Below are positions 40,633 through 55,396 of a stretch of DNA of 64,000 nucleotides, one piece after another; the first letter of the stretch is position 1, and the number at the start of each line of letters is the position of its first letter. The notes under the pieces were generated by a model that saw only the letters and a list, made by a program, of their open reading frames with translations, was not told the DNA's origin and made no database searches. The DNA is from Rhynchobatus australiae (taxonomy: Eukaryota): the NCBI GenBank assembly GCA_034780895.1, contig JAUZTB010000033.1, positions 23,601,817 to 23,665,816 on the forward strand, written 5' to 3'. The position numbers and the translations under genes were made by a program.

Positions 40633-41530
40633 CTGAAACTGAACTAGATTTTTGACACCCTCAGTAAAGCATTTAAACCCAAGCTGACTTCTATCCCTGC
40701 TATCACCAGGACTGCTGGTGGCTACTCACCTGGTACCACCTGTCTCCGTTCCTTCCTCAGCTCATGTACTGCTGAAGACCCCAGCCATGCCTATGCCACC
40801 ACTAGTCATCACTATTCCAACACACTGCTGACTGATCTCCCTTGCTGAAATATCCATAGATTTGAAGCAATCCAAAGTTAAACTCTGTTAGTTCTCAACT
40901 CCTCCTAAGTATTGGTATTGGTTTATTATTGTCACTCGTACCGAAGTACAGTGAAAAGCTTGTCTTACAAACTGATCGTACAGGTCAATTCATTACACAG
41001 TGCAGTTACATTGAGAAAACTGTAAAACGATGATAGTAAAGGTAATGAGTAGATCTGTAGAGAGCAGCTTGCAACATGTCGCCATGCTCCGGCGCCATCA
41101 TTCACCCATCATCCTGTCCTGTTAACTTGCATCTGCTCCATATTTCATCTTGTCGCAATTTAAAAATTCTTATTTTCACAACCTTATTTTCAAAGTCCTC
41201 ATGGTCTCAACCCTCACCGCCTCTGAAATCTCTTCTAACCTTGTAACGCAGATGCATGCCCTCCCCTAATTCTATCACTTGCTCATCCCCAAATTTAATT
41301 CCTCCACCATTGGTAGCCATTTCTTCAGCTGCTAATGCCCCAAGTTCAGAAACTCCCTGCATAACCTCCAACCTCAGTTTCTTTGTTTGTTGCTCCCTGC
41401 AACATACCTCTTTGTCCAAATATTGATCATTGACTTGATATCTTCCAAAGTGTCTCAGCATTTATATTTTGTTTGTTAATGCTTGTGAACTGTCTGAGTG
41501 TTTTTGCTATGTTGCAAGTTCTCTATCAAT
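40633..41530 (+). mobile_element. decayed L2-like LINE with a nested younger insertion at 40908-41015
   Basis: ttcacccatcatcctgtcct...tttaaaattcttatttt...ttcaaagtcctcatgg; nested piece is the reverse complement of about 24330-24438. Confidence 0.6.
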
Positions 41531-41569
41531 GGACGTTGTTCATTAGGATGTTATTGTTGTGTTTTATAG

Positions 41570-41666
41570 CTGCTGCTTGATGCTGGAGCAAATGTGGAAG
41601 GTGCCCTCATTAATTCCGGGGAAGATAATTGTACCGAGACACCACTTCAGCTAGCTTCAGCAGCAG
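41570..41666 (+). CDS. ABTB2: ABTB2 exon 8 (97 nt), ankyrin repeat
   Basis: ttttatag|, LLLDAGANVEGALINSGEDNCTETPLQLASAA, G|gtaatc; phase 0-1. Confidence 0.96.
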
Positions 41667-42689
41667 GTAATCTCTCCTTTCACTTTCCCCTCCTCTCCAC
41701 CCACCCTATGTTTGATAAAGCAGGAGTCTCCATTTCATCTACACAAGCTCTGGCCTGTCTTTTATTCCCAGTAGTTTGGAATGCCTCAGATGATGTATCA
41801 CCTGCACAAGTTCCCAAGATTAATAGAAGAAAGCCCAATCAGTCCATGCTGGGTCATCCGTCCAGAACAAACTGACAGTCCACCCATCACAGCCCAGACT
41901 ATTTCTTAATTGATTCCAGGACATTTGCCTCTATTACCTTAAATGGAATCTTGTTTAAGGGGTATTGGTATTGATTTGACACTGTATTTCTATTGAATAC
42001 CACTGTGCCTGGTTTATTATTCATTTATCTGTTTGCTAAAGGAATATCTAGCAAGCAAATAAATTTGAAACCAGCTTAAAGACAGAGAGAGAAGCTAATG
42101 ACCCTGAGAGAGAGGCATGCTATCAATTTCTCAGCTTGATTCAGGATACTGCACAAATGCTACATATAGTTTAAATGGAATTATTTACAGACCACATTTT
42201 TGCCATTTGACCGGTAAAGCCAATAATAGGACAAGAGCTTTACTTCAAACAATGCTATTTTAATTCAGCAACAGCAGTTTGAATAACTATAAATCTGCTA
42301 TCGCTTTTGGAAGTGATTTATGATGTGATGTCATTTGGAAGTGACATCATTTTAATATGCTGCAAGCTTAAAGAGACACTGCCTCCTCAGAACATTTAGA
42401 ACTTACGTTTACTTGGACATTTTTGCAGCATTGCATTTGTGAGAGTGCAGTAGTATCCTGAGGACCCTCTGGTCACAGTTAATTTGTTAGCCAGGTTTGT
42501 ACTGTGGAGGGTTTACTGTTGCACTTCAACAAAGTGGAATATTTTGCTTTCAGGAAGGGCAATGCATTGGAATTGATAGGATCCTTCTAAGGAGTATTTA
42601 ACATCCAGCAATGTAGTGAAATATTTAATTTGAAAGCAGTGTCACAAAGTAAGGCCAAATAGAAAACAAAATTTAATTGAAACATATCA

Positions 42690-43730
42690 TAGGAAATAGA
42701 AGCAGAATTCAGCTCCCTTCTACTTTCTCCCCCATTTAATATGATTGTAGCTGATCAGTGCCACTTTCCTGCACTAACTCCAAATCCCTTGATTTCCTTT
42801 AGCCAAAAATCAGTCAGCCTGCTTTGAAACTACTCAGCAATTGGGCCTCGCAAAGATTCACCACCCTGTGGGTCATGAAATACCTCCTTATTGCTGTCCT
42901 GAATGGCTCAGTTCTTGTTTTGAGACTCAGATTGTGATCCCTGGTTATAGGCACCGCAGACAAGGGAAACATCTTGCCTGCATCTGCCTTCTCTGGAGGC
43001 ATACAAATTCTGTACGCTTCATGAGATAATTTCTCGTTCTTCTCAACCTGAAGGAGTACAACCCCAGCCTCCTTTATCTCTCCTCATATTTTGAACCTGC
43101 CAGCCTGGGAATCTGGAATAAAAACATAATACCGGAAACACTCAACAGAACAGGCAGCATCTGTGGAAAGAGAAACTGAGTTAATGTTTCAGGTTGAAGA
43201 CCCTTTACTAGAATTGGTAAGAGAACAAGTTGAGGAGTAGGGGAGGGATGAATAGGGGAAATAGAATATCTCTGGGCGAGAAATCAATCAATCAAGTGCA
43301 CATCCACTATTGCAAGTGTATCCTTCCTAAGGTAAGGAGACCAGACCTGCGTATAGTATTCCAGATTAGGTCTCACTAGGGCTCTGTGTAATTGGATCAC
43401 AATGCCCATACTCTTGTATCCAAATCCCGTTGCAGTAAAGGCCAACATTACATTTGCCTTCCTAATTGCCTGTTGAACCTGCATGCTAACCTTGTGATTC
43501 ATGTACAAGGAAACCCAGGTCCCTCTGAGCTCCAACACATATCGGTCACCATTTAAAAAAAATTCTCTATCTTTCTACATTTCTTATCGGAGTGGATGAC
43601 TCACATTTTTCAATATTAAGTTAAATTTTGCATGTCCATGACCCTTTACTTAGTCTATTTGCCCCGAAACCTTGCTTCCTCGTCCCTGCGACCCACTTTG
43701 CCACTAAGCTTTGTATCATCCGCAAACAGT
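42690..43730 (-). mobile_element. CR1 LINE fragment interrupted at 43112-43283 by a Penelope-terminus-type element
   Basis: Minus ORF QVQQAIRKANVMLAF...LHRALVRPNLEYYTQVWSPYLRKD. Confidence 0.88.
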
Positions 43731-45669
43731 AGACTGAAAGAAAGTTAAAGATAGGTCAGAAGTCATTGTAACAATTGGGAGAAAATTGCGGAAGTTTCTG
43801 TGTGATGAGATTATAAAAGTCTTTAAATGTGTTTACTCTCTTTCTGCTCATCACAACCAGAGCCCTTGACTTTTAAAATGGTACTTATGATGAAACTCGA
43901 TAACGAATAACCTTTTGCCTCAAATCATGATAATATTACACAGATGTTCCTTGGAATTCAGTGACCTTGAATAATATCTTCTGGTTTCCATTAGATGATA
44001 AAATGCAGACCATCAGGAAATCAGCACCCAAACAAAGCTCTAAGTTAGCCGCATTGATGTCTAAAATTTCTTTACGGATCTGCTGCATTTTGGACTTTTA
44101 TCTGATATGGATCATTTTAATAACAATTTCTGGGTCCTCTAATATATCAGCCACACAGCTGACAACACTAGTGTAGATTATTGAACATAGAAAGTATAAA
44201 TATCACTTTGTAAGAAAACAATAAGCCATATAGTTACTTGTAACCTTTTCAAGAGCAAAGAAGGTAATTCGTTCATGGCTAGCAGCTCCGGTAGCCTTAG
44301 CTTCACCTCTACAATCACAGCACCAGGTTTTGCAATATTTAATTGACTGTATGTACTGTATATAACACACCTAAGCAGAGCAATGGCAACAGTATCTTCA
44401 AATTGTATATTGCTTTAAAAGGACAGATTGTAAAACATTTATATTGGAAATTTTAAAAACACTGCTAATTTTACAGAGAAGTTATAATAATTGTGCTTTG
44501 ACTGTCTTTGTTCCTCTCACAGCCTTCAGGCTTTCAAAGTCTTATAATTATTTCCTGATTTCCTGACTGGCTTATCATCATCTCTACTCCTTTCAATCCA
44601 ATATTGCCAGGCATTGTAGGCTTTGAGTCTGTTTGCCTTCATTTCACAGCAATAATCATTGACATTCTGTCAGGTCTGTGTTGGAATAATGGGGAGGGAA
44701 AGTAATTGTTCAGCATAATAGCAGAGCTTGTACCTGTCATTGCCCAATGTCTCTGTGTTCACACTTTTCATTATAGATCACAGGAAGCAATCACAAAGAG
44801 AGCGATTCTCGGATGATTGCTTGTATATTTCCCAAGCTGAGGGCCTTTATGTTTCTCATTGTAACCAGAGTCCTTCAGTATGATTCTTTGTAGTTGTACA
44901 GGGTCAAGCACTATTACATTGTTGTAGCTAAACAGCTCTAAACATTTTTCCGCTGACTATGTAAAATTTATTCTTCAATCAAAATCGTTTTCCCNNNNNN
45001 NNNNNNNNNCCAGCCAATTAGCTTGTAAATGTTTCCGTATCCATCTGTTAGTATGCTTACGGTGCATGCTTCAATGTTTAACGCTGGAATGAGGAGGTGG
45101 TGCATCAAACCTTAATCTATTTGACATCCCTCAGCTGTGTAAAATACACTGGATACTCATTGTCACTGGGTTGTTAAGGGCTAAACAGTAGGTATTTTGG
45201 AAAAAGAAACATTTTTTGACTTGTGTGGATCTCTATGCACACAGATCCTTAATATACATGTTTTAAAGTTTAGTTTTAAAATAGAATGCAGCAGTTCACT
45301 TAGATGGCTCACCATCCCCTTCTCAAGGACAGCTGAAGGAGCAGAAAATGCTGTCTTTGCCAACAACACCCATATCCCATAAAAATGATACAGGCAATCT
45401 TCTAAAATCTAGTGGGTAGCTCAGCCAGACTGCCCTCTGGGCTACACAAAGGAAAACAAACCGGGATTTATAGTGAAGATTGCTGTTAGGCAGCACCTGG
45501 AAGTGAGCGTGAGTAACTGATGGAGATGTGAAGAACCTTCCCCTCAGTGAATAAATAACGATGCCAATATCAGAAGATCATATGAAACAGGCTCGTTCCC
45601 AAATGCACAAAGAGCCAGAAAACACAACCTAATATTCCACCACTCAGAATAAACCAATGTTCTACATAA

Positions 45670-45891
<222 letters not shown>

Positions 45892-46619
45892 TAACCGCTG
45901 CGTGATTGGTGAATGAAAGAATAGGGATAGCTTGATGGACCTTGACATTTTACAGGGCAGTGTGAAACATTACACTGTTCTACATTCCAGATACCATTCT
46001 TGCTGACTTTGTTTGTTTCTTTCCTTTACTAAAAGCTGTTGTAGAATCCAATTTAGTGAGCTTGCGGGTGGTAAAAATATACAAAGTCCAGCATTAATTA
46101 ATGCAACATTGATACATTAGAGAAATCACACGAGTAAAATAATAGGACAAGCAATTTATTTGTGCAGTTATCAATTAATTCCTTGGTTGTTTCAGCTTAT
46201 TATTAGTAAGGCTAATTCAGAAAACTTTAAATTTAAATCCTGATGCAGGGTTTCGACCCGAAACATTGACAATTCCTTTCTGCCCACAGATGCTGTTCAA
46301 CCTGCTCAGTTCCTCCAGCAGTTTGTTGCTCCAGATTCCAGCATCTGCAGAATGTTGACTCAGAAAACTTTAATTTCTTTGCTAGTGGAGTATGTTATGC
46401 AAAACAAAGAACTGTGCTATCAAATCATATTTAAAGCAGTCGGTGTGGAGATGTGTGGGAAACAGGATAAAGTTCATACCGAATTACTCATTAACTTCAA
46501 TATGAATGGAAACTATGGAAGTCAAGCTGTTGATCAGTCAGTACCAGAGGGGAAAAAAGTGTTTTGGATAAAATAGTTAAAATCCTAATGATAGATCAGA
46601 CTAGAAATATCATTTAAAA

Positions 46620-47030
46620 AACCAGAAGCTGAAAATATGAAATAAAAATAAAAATTGCTGGGAACATTCCCAGCATGAGTTGAACAGCATCTGTGGAAAG
46701 AGAAACAGACTTAACATGTCAGATCAAAGACCCTTCATCAGAAAGGGGTAAGTGAGAAAACAAGTTGGTTTAAGTTGCAGAGAGGGAGGGGGAAGGATGG
46801 AAAGGAACAAGGGAATATCTCTGAAAAGGCTGCCATGGTGATGCACTGTATACAAAGTCATCTGGCTGATAGCTAATATCAGAAGTATTCCCTTTGTCCA
46901 ACTCCTTCTGCACCTTAAAACTTTGTTTTCCCTTCTCTCAATCTGAAGGGCCTTTGACCTGAAATATTCAGTCTATCCAGTTGTTCTGCCTGACCCACTG
47001 TTTCCAGCATTTTCTGTTTTTCTTTCAGAT
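46620..47030. mobile_element. palindromic element (family of 2790-3006); half copy at 46240-46350
   Basis: cagcatctgtggaaagagaaacagac...gacccttcatcaga / tctgaagggcctttgacctgaaa...ccagcattttctgttttt. Confidence 0.65.
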
Positions 47031-47520
47031 GTTGATTTTGTGTAATTCCAGCATGTTTGTCTGTTTATCAGTGGGGATTGTTTGCAGTGTAAAGGTTTTA
47101 TATTAGTGAAGACAACTGAACATTTTATTGGCTTTATAAGTGTTGTAGGACTAGTATCCAGTAAAAGAATCTTCTTGTTACAAAGCACATTAACTTTACG
47201 NNNNNNNNNNNNNNNNNNNNNNNNNNNNNNNNNNNNNNNNNNNNNNNNNNNNNNNNNNNNNNNNNNNNNNNNNNNNNNNNNNNNNNNNNNNNNNNNNNNN
47301 NNNNNNNNNNNNNNNNNNNNNNNNNNNNNNNNNNNNNNNNNNNNNNNNNNNNNNNNNNNNNNNNNNNNNNNNNNNNNNNNNNNNNNNNNNNNNNNNNNNN
47401 NNNNNNNNNNNNNNNNNNNNNNNNNNNNNNNNNNNNNNNNNNNNNNNNNNNNNAGGTCAATGAAATATCGCTGTTGCTTGCTTTAATAACTAAGTCTTGC
47501 TATTGTTTCTCATGACCCAG

Positions 47521-47747
47521 GAATGTGCTGCGGAAGTTGCTTACACCGCCCCAAGCTCCAAAAACTGATGTGCTTTCTCTGGAAGAAATTTTAGCAGAGG
47601 GAGTTGAGAGTGATATCTCAAGTATTGGAAGTATAAATGAAGGACAAGTAAAACTCAGCAAAGCCAGAATGAAGGCTTTACAAGAAGCTATGTATTACAG
47701 TGCTGAACACGGCTACCTCGATGTTACCATGGAGCTGAGGAACCTTG
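47521..47747 (+). CDS. ABTB2: ABTB2 exon 10 (227 nt)
   Basis: gacccag|, NVLRKLLT...[12 protein letters not shown]...[25 protein letters not shown]|gtagga; phase 2-1. Confidence 0.96.
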
Positions 47748-48459
47748 GTAGGATATCGGACATCTTTTTAATAGTTTTACCTTGTGTTGCAAAAATGCTA
47801 AAACATAATTTCATATGATTCTCAAATAATTTCCAAAGTGACTGTTCAATTCTTGAGAGTGAATCTCTGGAGGCTTTCTTTCTCGAAGTTTAGCTCGTAT
47901 CTGTAGTTACTCTGTTCCTGTATTCACACTTCCCATTGTGGATCACTGGAAACAATCACAAAGAGGATGATTCACGGTGATTTGTTTTTCCTCAAAGCCA
48001 GTTATAGTGCAGCTTCCAGACCAAGCTGGAATTAGTGGCCTCAACCTGGCCTGAAGATTGAACTTGATTCTTCCTAGTCTGTATCTGCTTGCACCGTGTA
48101 CTATGCTTTGCAGCTAAGGGATAAAAAAGCAATTTTGAGAAATAAAAAGCCTGCATTTGTGTACTCAAAATGACCCAAAGAGCTTCATAATGGATTACAT
48201 TTGAAATGTGGTCACTGTTTTGTCCATGGCCTGGTAAATTTGCACACAAGATCTTAAAACAGCAACTAGGTAATTGTTCTGATGCTGATGGTTGGAAGTG
48301 GGGGAGACAATGAACCTGAGGCTTTGACTCTGTTTCTACATGCAGATGCTACCTGATTTGCTGAGTATTTCCTGCATTTTCTGTTTTATTCAAGATTTCC
48401 AGCTTCGGCAATATTTTGCGTTTGGTTTATAAATAGAAATACAGTAGCGAGGGAGTAAT

Positions 48460-48970
48460 GATGAATCTTTTGGCCACAACTGCGGTATTGTGCCCAGATT
48501 TGGGTACTGCACAATGAAAGGTATATAGGTCTTAGAGGGTGCAGAAGAGATGTATCAGGATGATCCCATGGACGCATGGCTTTAGTTATGTGCAGAGCTG
48601 TTCTCCTAGTTTCAAAGGAACGTGAGGTACTGTATAGTAGAGCTGGGGAAACTGCTCCCATTGATGAAAGGGTTGAGGGAGAGTGAGAGAAGTGGTGGCA
48701 GATTCAATAATGGGGAAAGGGNNNNNNNNNNNNNNNNNNNNNNNNNNNNNNNNNNNNNNNNNNNNNNNNNNNNNNNNNNNNNNNNNNNNNNNNNNNNNNN
48801 NNNNNNNNNNNNNNNNNNNNNGCCAGAAAGATTCTCAATGCAGCTTCAGGGAATTAGATAAGTACTTGGAAAAGAAAACTAACTGTAAGACTTTGAGGAG
48901 AGCCTGGGAAGTCCAGTTGCTCCTGCATACAGTTGGCAATGGGCTGAATGGCCAACTTCCATGCTCCACT
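48460..48970 (+). mobile_element. decayed CR1 3' fragment with N gap
   Basis: gtattgtgcccagatttgggtac...tagagggtgcagaagagat; tail gggctgaatggcc. Confidence 0.6.
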
Positions 48971-49251
48971 CTTCTGGTAATTAGACAGGACATGAGGATA
49001 ACTCGCATTCTCATGTAATACTCTCCTGGGACATTGTTTCAACCCACCTCCATAGGCAAATAGTGCCTCATTGTAACACCTTCCAAAACTACCTACTCAC
49101 TGGTGGGCTGATGTCAACCCAGATCATGTGCTGAGGTCTCTGGAATGAATCTGCTGCATTAAATGATTTTAATCCCTGTCATTTTAAGATGATTGTAGGG
49201 CTATATGTCAAGGTAACCTTCTATGTTCAGAATAACTATTTTTAAGGGTGA

Positions 49252-49494
<243 letters not shown>

Positions 49495-49701
49495 TGAAAA
49501 TAATAAGGCATCCCAAGGATGTCATGAAATAGGATACATACAACTCACCATCTTCCTCACTAAATTATTCAACCTTTCTAGGTTAGAGGATATGTGGCAG
49601 TATTCTTGAAACTGATATATTTGGCTTGAAACATGACAATATTTGACAGATTTTGGTCATTGCTTTTCTAAGCCTTTATTTCTGTGCTTTTCCCCCCACA
49701 G

Positions 49702-49807
49702 AATGATGCAGTCAATCAGCAGATAGCTTCAATCTTTATACACTGTTATGGCAATGGTCCTATTCCTAGTATCCCTGAGATAAAGAGTAACCCACCTGCT
49801 CGATTAG
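49702..49807 (+). CDS. ABTB2: ABTB2 exon 12 (106 nt)
   Basis: cccacag|, NDAVNQQIASIFIHCYGNGPIPSIPEIKSNPPARL, G|gtatgt; phase 0-1. Confidence 0.95.
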
Positions 49808-50533
49808 GTATGTAATTAATACTCAAAATTTTGGGTTGCGCTGAGAAATGTTTGATATTCTGACTTCTCCTGATTCATACTAATACACAGCTCAAGTTTT
49901 CACCCATGCCACTGAAGACATCAGGATAAGAATTGGGTGAGGTAAATCCTACCTGACAAGAACAGTTTAAAATCAAGCCTGTGATTGTTAGCAGACAATG
50001 CAATTGTCAAAGCTGCTGATGATGTTGTCCTCACTTTGGCACACATTCACCTTCCAAATGCAATCACTGCATGATCATTGGAAATGGGATCTAGGGATAT
50101 CTTCCCCACAGTAGTGAGGACTGCCAGGATGAACAATGAATCCCCAACTGTCCCCCTTGTCCTCTTGATCTGTACCAGTAATGCATTAGAGCCTGCAACT
50201 AAGAGCTGACATTATTTCTTTAAACGACATCCCAGTATTGCATCAACAAGGAATTCATCAGAATAACCACAGGTACTTGAGACAGCGAAATATATTAATG
50301 GATGCACCCTTGGGGAAATTCTCAGCTTTATCAGATCATTCCCATGGAGCAAAACCTTTTACTTCAGAGTGGAATGTAGTTCAAATCAAGTGGCTTCTGA
50401 GAAAAATTCTTCCCATCTCTTTCACACCCCTCCCTACCACAAAGGAATGTTGCCTAAAACCCACATCCCTTATAAACTCCCACTAAATTATATTTAGTTA
50501 TCAGTCTATCCTCCTTCCACATGCTTTGCATAA

Positions 50534-50785
<252 letters not shown>

Positions 50786-51019
50786 TGAAATACCAATGAG
50801 CCCTAAACCCCAACAGCTAATGAAAAAAAAACAGAAAATGATAAAAAAAAATCCAGCAGTCTCAAGCAGCATCAGTGGAAAGAGAAGCAGTCAACATTTT
50901 AATTTTATTTCTGTTTTTAACCTCAGCTGCTGCCTCTCACCCCCCTCCCCCAAACCAGTGGCAAAGGTAACATCATCAATGTGGGTCAATCAAAAAACAT
51001 CTCTTCTCATCTTAAGGCT

Positions 51020-51475
51020 AAACCAGTAGACACAGTTTACATGGATGTTAGTAAGACTTTTGACATGGTCCTGCTTGGTGGATCCAAGGCAAGTTATTTG
51101 GATCCAAAATTGGCTTGGTGATAGGAAGCAGAGGGTAGTGATGGATGGGCATTTCTTTCTGACAGGATGTCTGTAACAAGTAGTGTCCTGCAAAGATCGT
51201 TGTTGTGACATTTGTAACATACATAGAAATGATTTGGATGAGAATGTAGGAAGTATATTACTAAGTTTTCACACAACATAAAACTGATGGAGTGGAAGAT
51301 GGCCAAAAAGGTTGTCTAAGCATAGATCAGCTGGAAAGTTGAATGGAATTTAATCCAGAAAAATGTGAGGTGATGCACTTTGAGAAGTCAAATTCTGGTA
51401 GGGCATACAAAGTACAGTCAGTCCGAACAAGTTAGGCTGAGAGAGCCTGTTTCTCTGCCGTACAATTCAATGATT
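51020..51475 (+). mobile_element. internally deleted CR1 RT fragment
   Basis: ttggatccaaaattggcttggtgataggaagcagagggtagtg; atggaatttaatccagaaaaatgtgagg; similar to 1600-2060. Confidence 0.8.
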
Positions 51476-52025
51476 TAGTGCTTCCCTTTGCAGTGCAGTT
51501 CAGATGAACGGACCTGCATTCTCTTGTGCAGCAACTGGACCCTAATTGTTGGAGTAGAAACAAAATATCACAATGCACCGTCAAGCTTAACATTCGCAAG
51601 TAACACTAAGAATGGGAAAATTCTGTTTTTAGAAATAACAGCCTTGCCCATATTCCAAGAATGAATTAAAATTTCCTTGGTTCTATTTTAAGTTACTAAT
51701 GTATGATTAAAACCAAAACAGCCATCAGTGTTGTGTATCAAAGCCTTTGTGTTGCAGCATTTTGCTATGCAAAGTCACCCAGCAATTTCTCGTATGTTAA
51801 TTTCTCAGTAATGGGAAAGCTTAGTGTTGCTTTGAGGGTAGGCATAATAGTGTGAACCACTCGCTCCAGTGATCAAATCACTGAGATTTGTGCTCAGAAT
51901 GAGTTTCCAATTGACGACTGATGCGTATTGCAATGGGAATGAAAGAAAGGGCTTTAAATTATGGAAAGAATGTTATTTCTATGGGACTGTTAAACAAGAT
52001 ACTCGTATCAATTCTTCCACTCCAG

Positions 52026-52116
52026 GTTTAAAATGCTGCTGACTAGTAAGACATCTCTGGAGAACCCGCCTTGCAAGTGTATAGAGATCAGTGAAATTAA
52101 ATACCACATTTTCCAG
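52026..52116 (+). CDS. ABTB2: ABTB2 exon 14 (91 nt), BTB domain
   Basis: actccag|, FKMLLTSKTSLENPPCKCIEISEIKYHIFQ, CAG|gtacgt; phase 2-0. Confidence 0.95.
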
Positions 52117-52816
52117 GTACGTTTCTTTTTACTGCAGTGCCTTGGAATCATGCTGGTTGCAGTCAACTTGTGCTATAAAATTGTCCCATTCATTTTATTG
52201 TCACCTTGAAGTCCTTATTCCCTAGATTTCCCTGTCTTTATTTTCTTTGTCCTTCAACTGGTCCTCCATTATGAGTCTTTGAACTCCCTCTTCCAAGCCT
52301 TTGCTTATGACTGTATATAATTGGTCACCAGAGATTGCACAAGAATGGGTAAGGCTGACTGGTAAGTTTTGCAGCCACTTCTCAATAACAATAGTTCTCA
52401 TGGCTTTCCAGCAAGATCAGAGCACAATTCAACAATCATTGAATGAACACATTTAGTTCCACTCTNNNNNNNNNNNNNNNNNNNNNNNNNNNNNNNNNNN
52501 NNNNNNNNNNNNNNNNNNNNNNNNNNNNNNNNNNNNNNNNNNNNNNNNNNNNNNNNNNNNNNNNNNNNNNNNNNNNNNNNNNNNNNNNNNNNNNNNNNNN
52601 NNNNNNNNNNNNNNNNNNNNNNNNNNNNNNNNNNNNNNNNNNNNNNNNNNNNNNNNNNNNNNNNNNNNNNNNNNNNNNNNNNNNNNNNNNNNNNNNNNNN
52701 NNNNNNNNNNNNNNNNNNNNNNNNNNNNNNNNNNNNNNNNNNNNNNNNNNNNNNNNNNNNNNNNNNNNNNNNNNNNNNNNNNNNNNNNNNNNNNNNNNNN
52801 NNNNTTGTCCCTCCAG

Positions 52817-52885
52817 CTGATGATGCAGTACTTATATTATGGTGATACCAACTCAATAACTTTACCCATTTCTGATGTGCTGGAG
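52817..52885 (+). CDS. ABTB2: ABTB2 exon 15 (69 nt), BTB domain
   Basis: ccctccag| (12 nt after an N gap), LMMQYLYYGDTNSITLPISDVLE, GAG|gtaaga; phase 0-0. Confidence 0.94.
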
Positions 52886-54669
52886 GTAAGAACACTTTGT
52901 GTATATATAATGATTGTTAGATAGTACAAATACTTCCATGTGGAATATTCCATGTACTTCACAGCACAATCAAAAAGCAGTTGTTGAGCCATAAATTTTT
53001 AAAAGATTATTAGAGAGAGCCTTGTTCAAAGATGTGACCTTTAAGGTCTTAAAAGTACAGAAGTCAGAGAGTAGGCTGTAGTATTTGAGGTGGCAATGTC
53101 AGAGAATGTGGCCAACGCAAGCACGTGCATATGAGAGGGATATGTGCAGGTGTTCACTCTGAGAGGTGAGGGAAATAGTTGGTAGATCTGGAGGTTACCG
53201 AGGGAGATAGATCATTAACTATTTAAATATGAGGATAAGAATTTTATTTTTGAGGTAGTGGGAGCCAGTTCAGGGGAAATGGGTGAGGAAGACTTGAGAT
53301 AATACTTGCATGATTTTCAGAAACAAATTTCTACACTTATTTTGGGTACAACTGACTTAAAATGTGACTTTGTTTTTTGCCAGCAGCAATGCTCAAGAAT
53401 TATAACATCATGGTATTGCACAATTTAGGTTAGGAGCTGAAAGGATTGTTTACTTGTAATAAATGCAGTGTAAATAACGTGAAGATGTATGATTCATTCA
53501 GGATGCAGATTCTGTTCAGGCAGAATCAATTTGGGATCGTTAGCCCTGTGTACTGCTGAGTCATAGAGGGCACAAAGCCCCTCAACAAGAATGGGCAAAT
53601 TTGTTGGTCAGTTTCTGCTTTGTCACGATTTAATTGCTTCAGGACGATGAAACTGAATGTTAGTGGAAACCAGGTTTGGGCTCAAGTGTAATGTATCCCC
53701 ACGCTGTCCCACTTCTTCCCATCTCAACAGTCCGCAGCATTTCGTGGTCTAAATCATGATGATGGATATTTATAGCGGCAGAATTGTGAACTGCCAAGGA
53801 CAACGAGAGAACAAAAGGCATTGTTTTCAGATATGATATTCCACTTTATTCTAATCTGAGTTGATCAGTTTACTGATCCTGCATTAAAGCACAAAGATTT
53901 GGATGCTTTAAAATAGTGTTTTGAGACTCCTCAGGACGGAAATTCTTATGGGCTATAGCAGATAGGAGAGTGAGATTTGCATATGTTTATGTATGTGAAA
54001 AGCATTGGAATTGGCAACTCAAGAGTTAACAAGGGCATGGATGTGCATTTCAGCAGAGCAGATGAAATGTGACAGGGGCAGAGGCAGTCAATATTATGGA
54101 AACCTCTGGGAAGTTTTAGTGATGAAAAGCCCTGAGAAAATTAGATTATAGGTTGGCTTATAAATATTAATGGATGTTATCAAGCAGTAAGAGCTCCTCT
54201 TCAGAAACTACCTCAGCAGGTTATTCATATTCTTCCTTATTGACCTATTAACTGAAATCTAGATGGTTTACAACCTTAATAGGTTTCAATAAGGTGTACT
54301 ATTTGTGTTAAATCGACATGGACATAGCAATGTGAAGCATTTTTAGAAGCCCAAATGTTCCATAGAGACAAATTAGAAGATAAATCAGAACTTTAATTTA
54401 ATTTAAAACTTTGATTTAATATGGCATTTCCTTGTGCATATTTCAGATGCACTGTGTTCTTCTCAACTCCNNNNNNNNNNNNNNNNNNNNNNNNNNNNNN
54501 NNNNNNNNNNNNNNNNNNNNNNNNNNNNNNNNNNNNNNNNNNNNNNNNNNNNNNNNNNNNNNNNNNNNNNNNNNNNNNNNNNNNNNNNNNNNNNNNNNNN
54601 NNNNNNNNNNNNNNNNNNNNNNNNNNNNNNNNNNNNNNNNNNNNNNNNNNNNNNNNNNNNNNNNNNNNN

Positions 54670-55396
54670 AGGACCCTTCTTCAGGATTGAAGATAGGAAA
54701 AGGGGAAGCCCAGAATATAGGGGGATAAAACAGACCAGTGATACGTGGACTAAAGAGGGGAAGTGGGGTGGGCGCAAGATAGTGATAGGTAAGTAGGAGA
54801 TGTTGATAGGCAGGTGCGGGGGAGGAGGGGAGAGCAGATCCACCAGGAGATGGGTCAAAGGTATGGAGGGGAGGATAGGAAAAGGAGAGAGGGGAGAAAA
54901 AGGCAAGGGGAAAAAAAAGGTAAGGTGGGGGGCTGGTTTACTTTAAGTGGGAGAATTCATTGTTCATCCCGTTATGGTGTTGGGTCCCAAGACAGAAAGT
55001 GAGGTGCTGTTCCAAGTTCAAACGCAAACTAGAGGAACAGCACCTCATTTTCCATCTTGGGACCTTACAGCCCAATGAATGGCATGAACATCAAATTCTC
55101 CCACTTTAAGTAAGTAAACCAACACCCCCCCCGACTCACTTTTTTCTCCTCATCTATTTCTTTTCCTCTCCTCCCCTCTCGCCCCGTGGGGCACCTGGCT
55201 TCATACCTTTGACTCATCTCCTGGTGGATCTGCTGTCTGCTCCTCCCCCGCATCTACCTATCACCACTCTGTTTCTCCCCCTTTCCCTATCTTCAGTCCT
55301 GAAGAAGGGCCCTGACCCGAAACATTGACCATCTGTTTTTCTCTCCGGACGCTGCCTGGCCTGCTGAGTTCCTCCAGCAGCTTGTTGTATTTTCAC
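54670..55396. mobile_element. Penelope-like element remnant with inverted terminal arrangement
   Basis: 55029 onward reads LEEQHLIFHLGTLQP..GMNIKFS (end of a Penelope GIY-YIG ORF as I recall it); 54670-55013 is a diverged reverse complement of 55034-55313. Confidence 0.75.
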
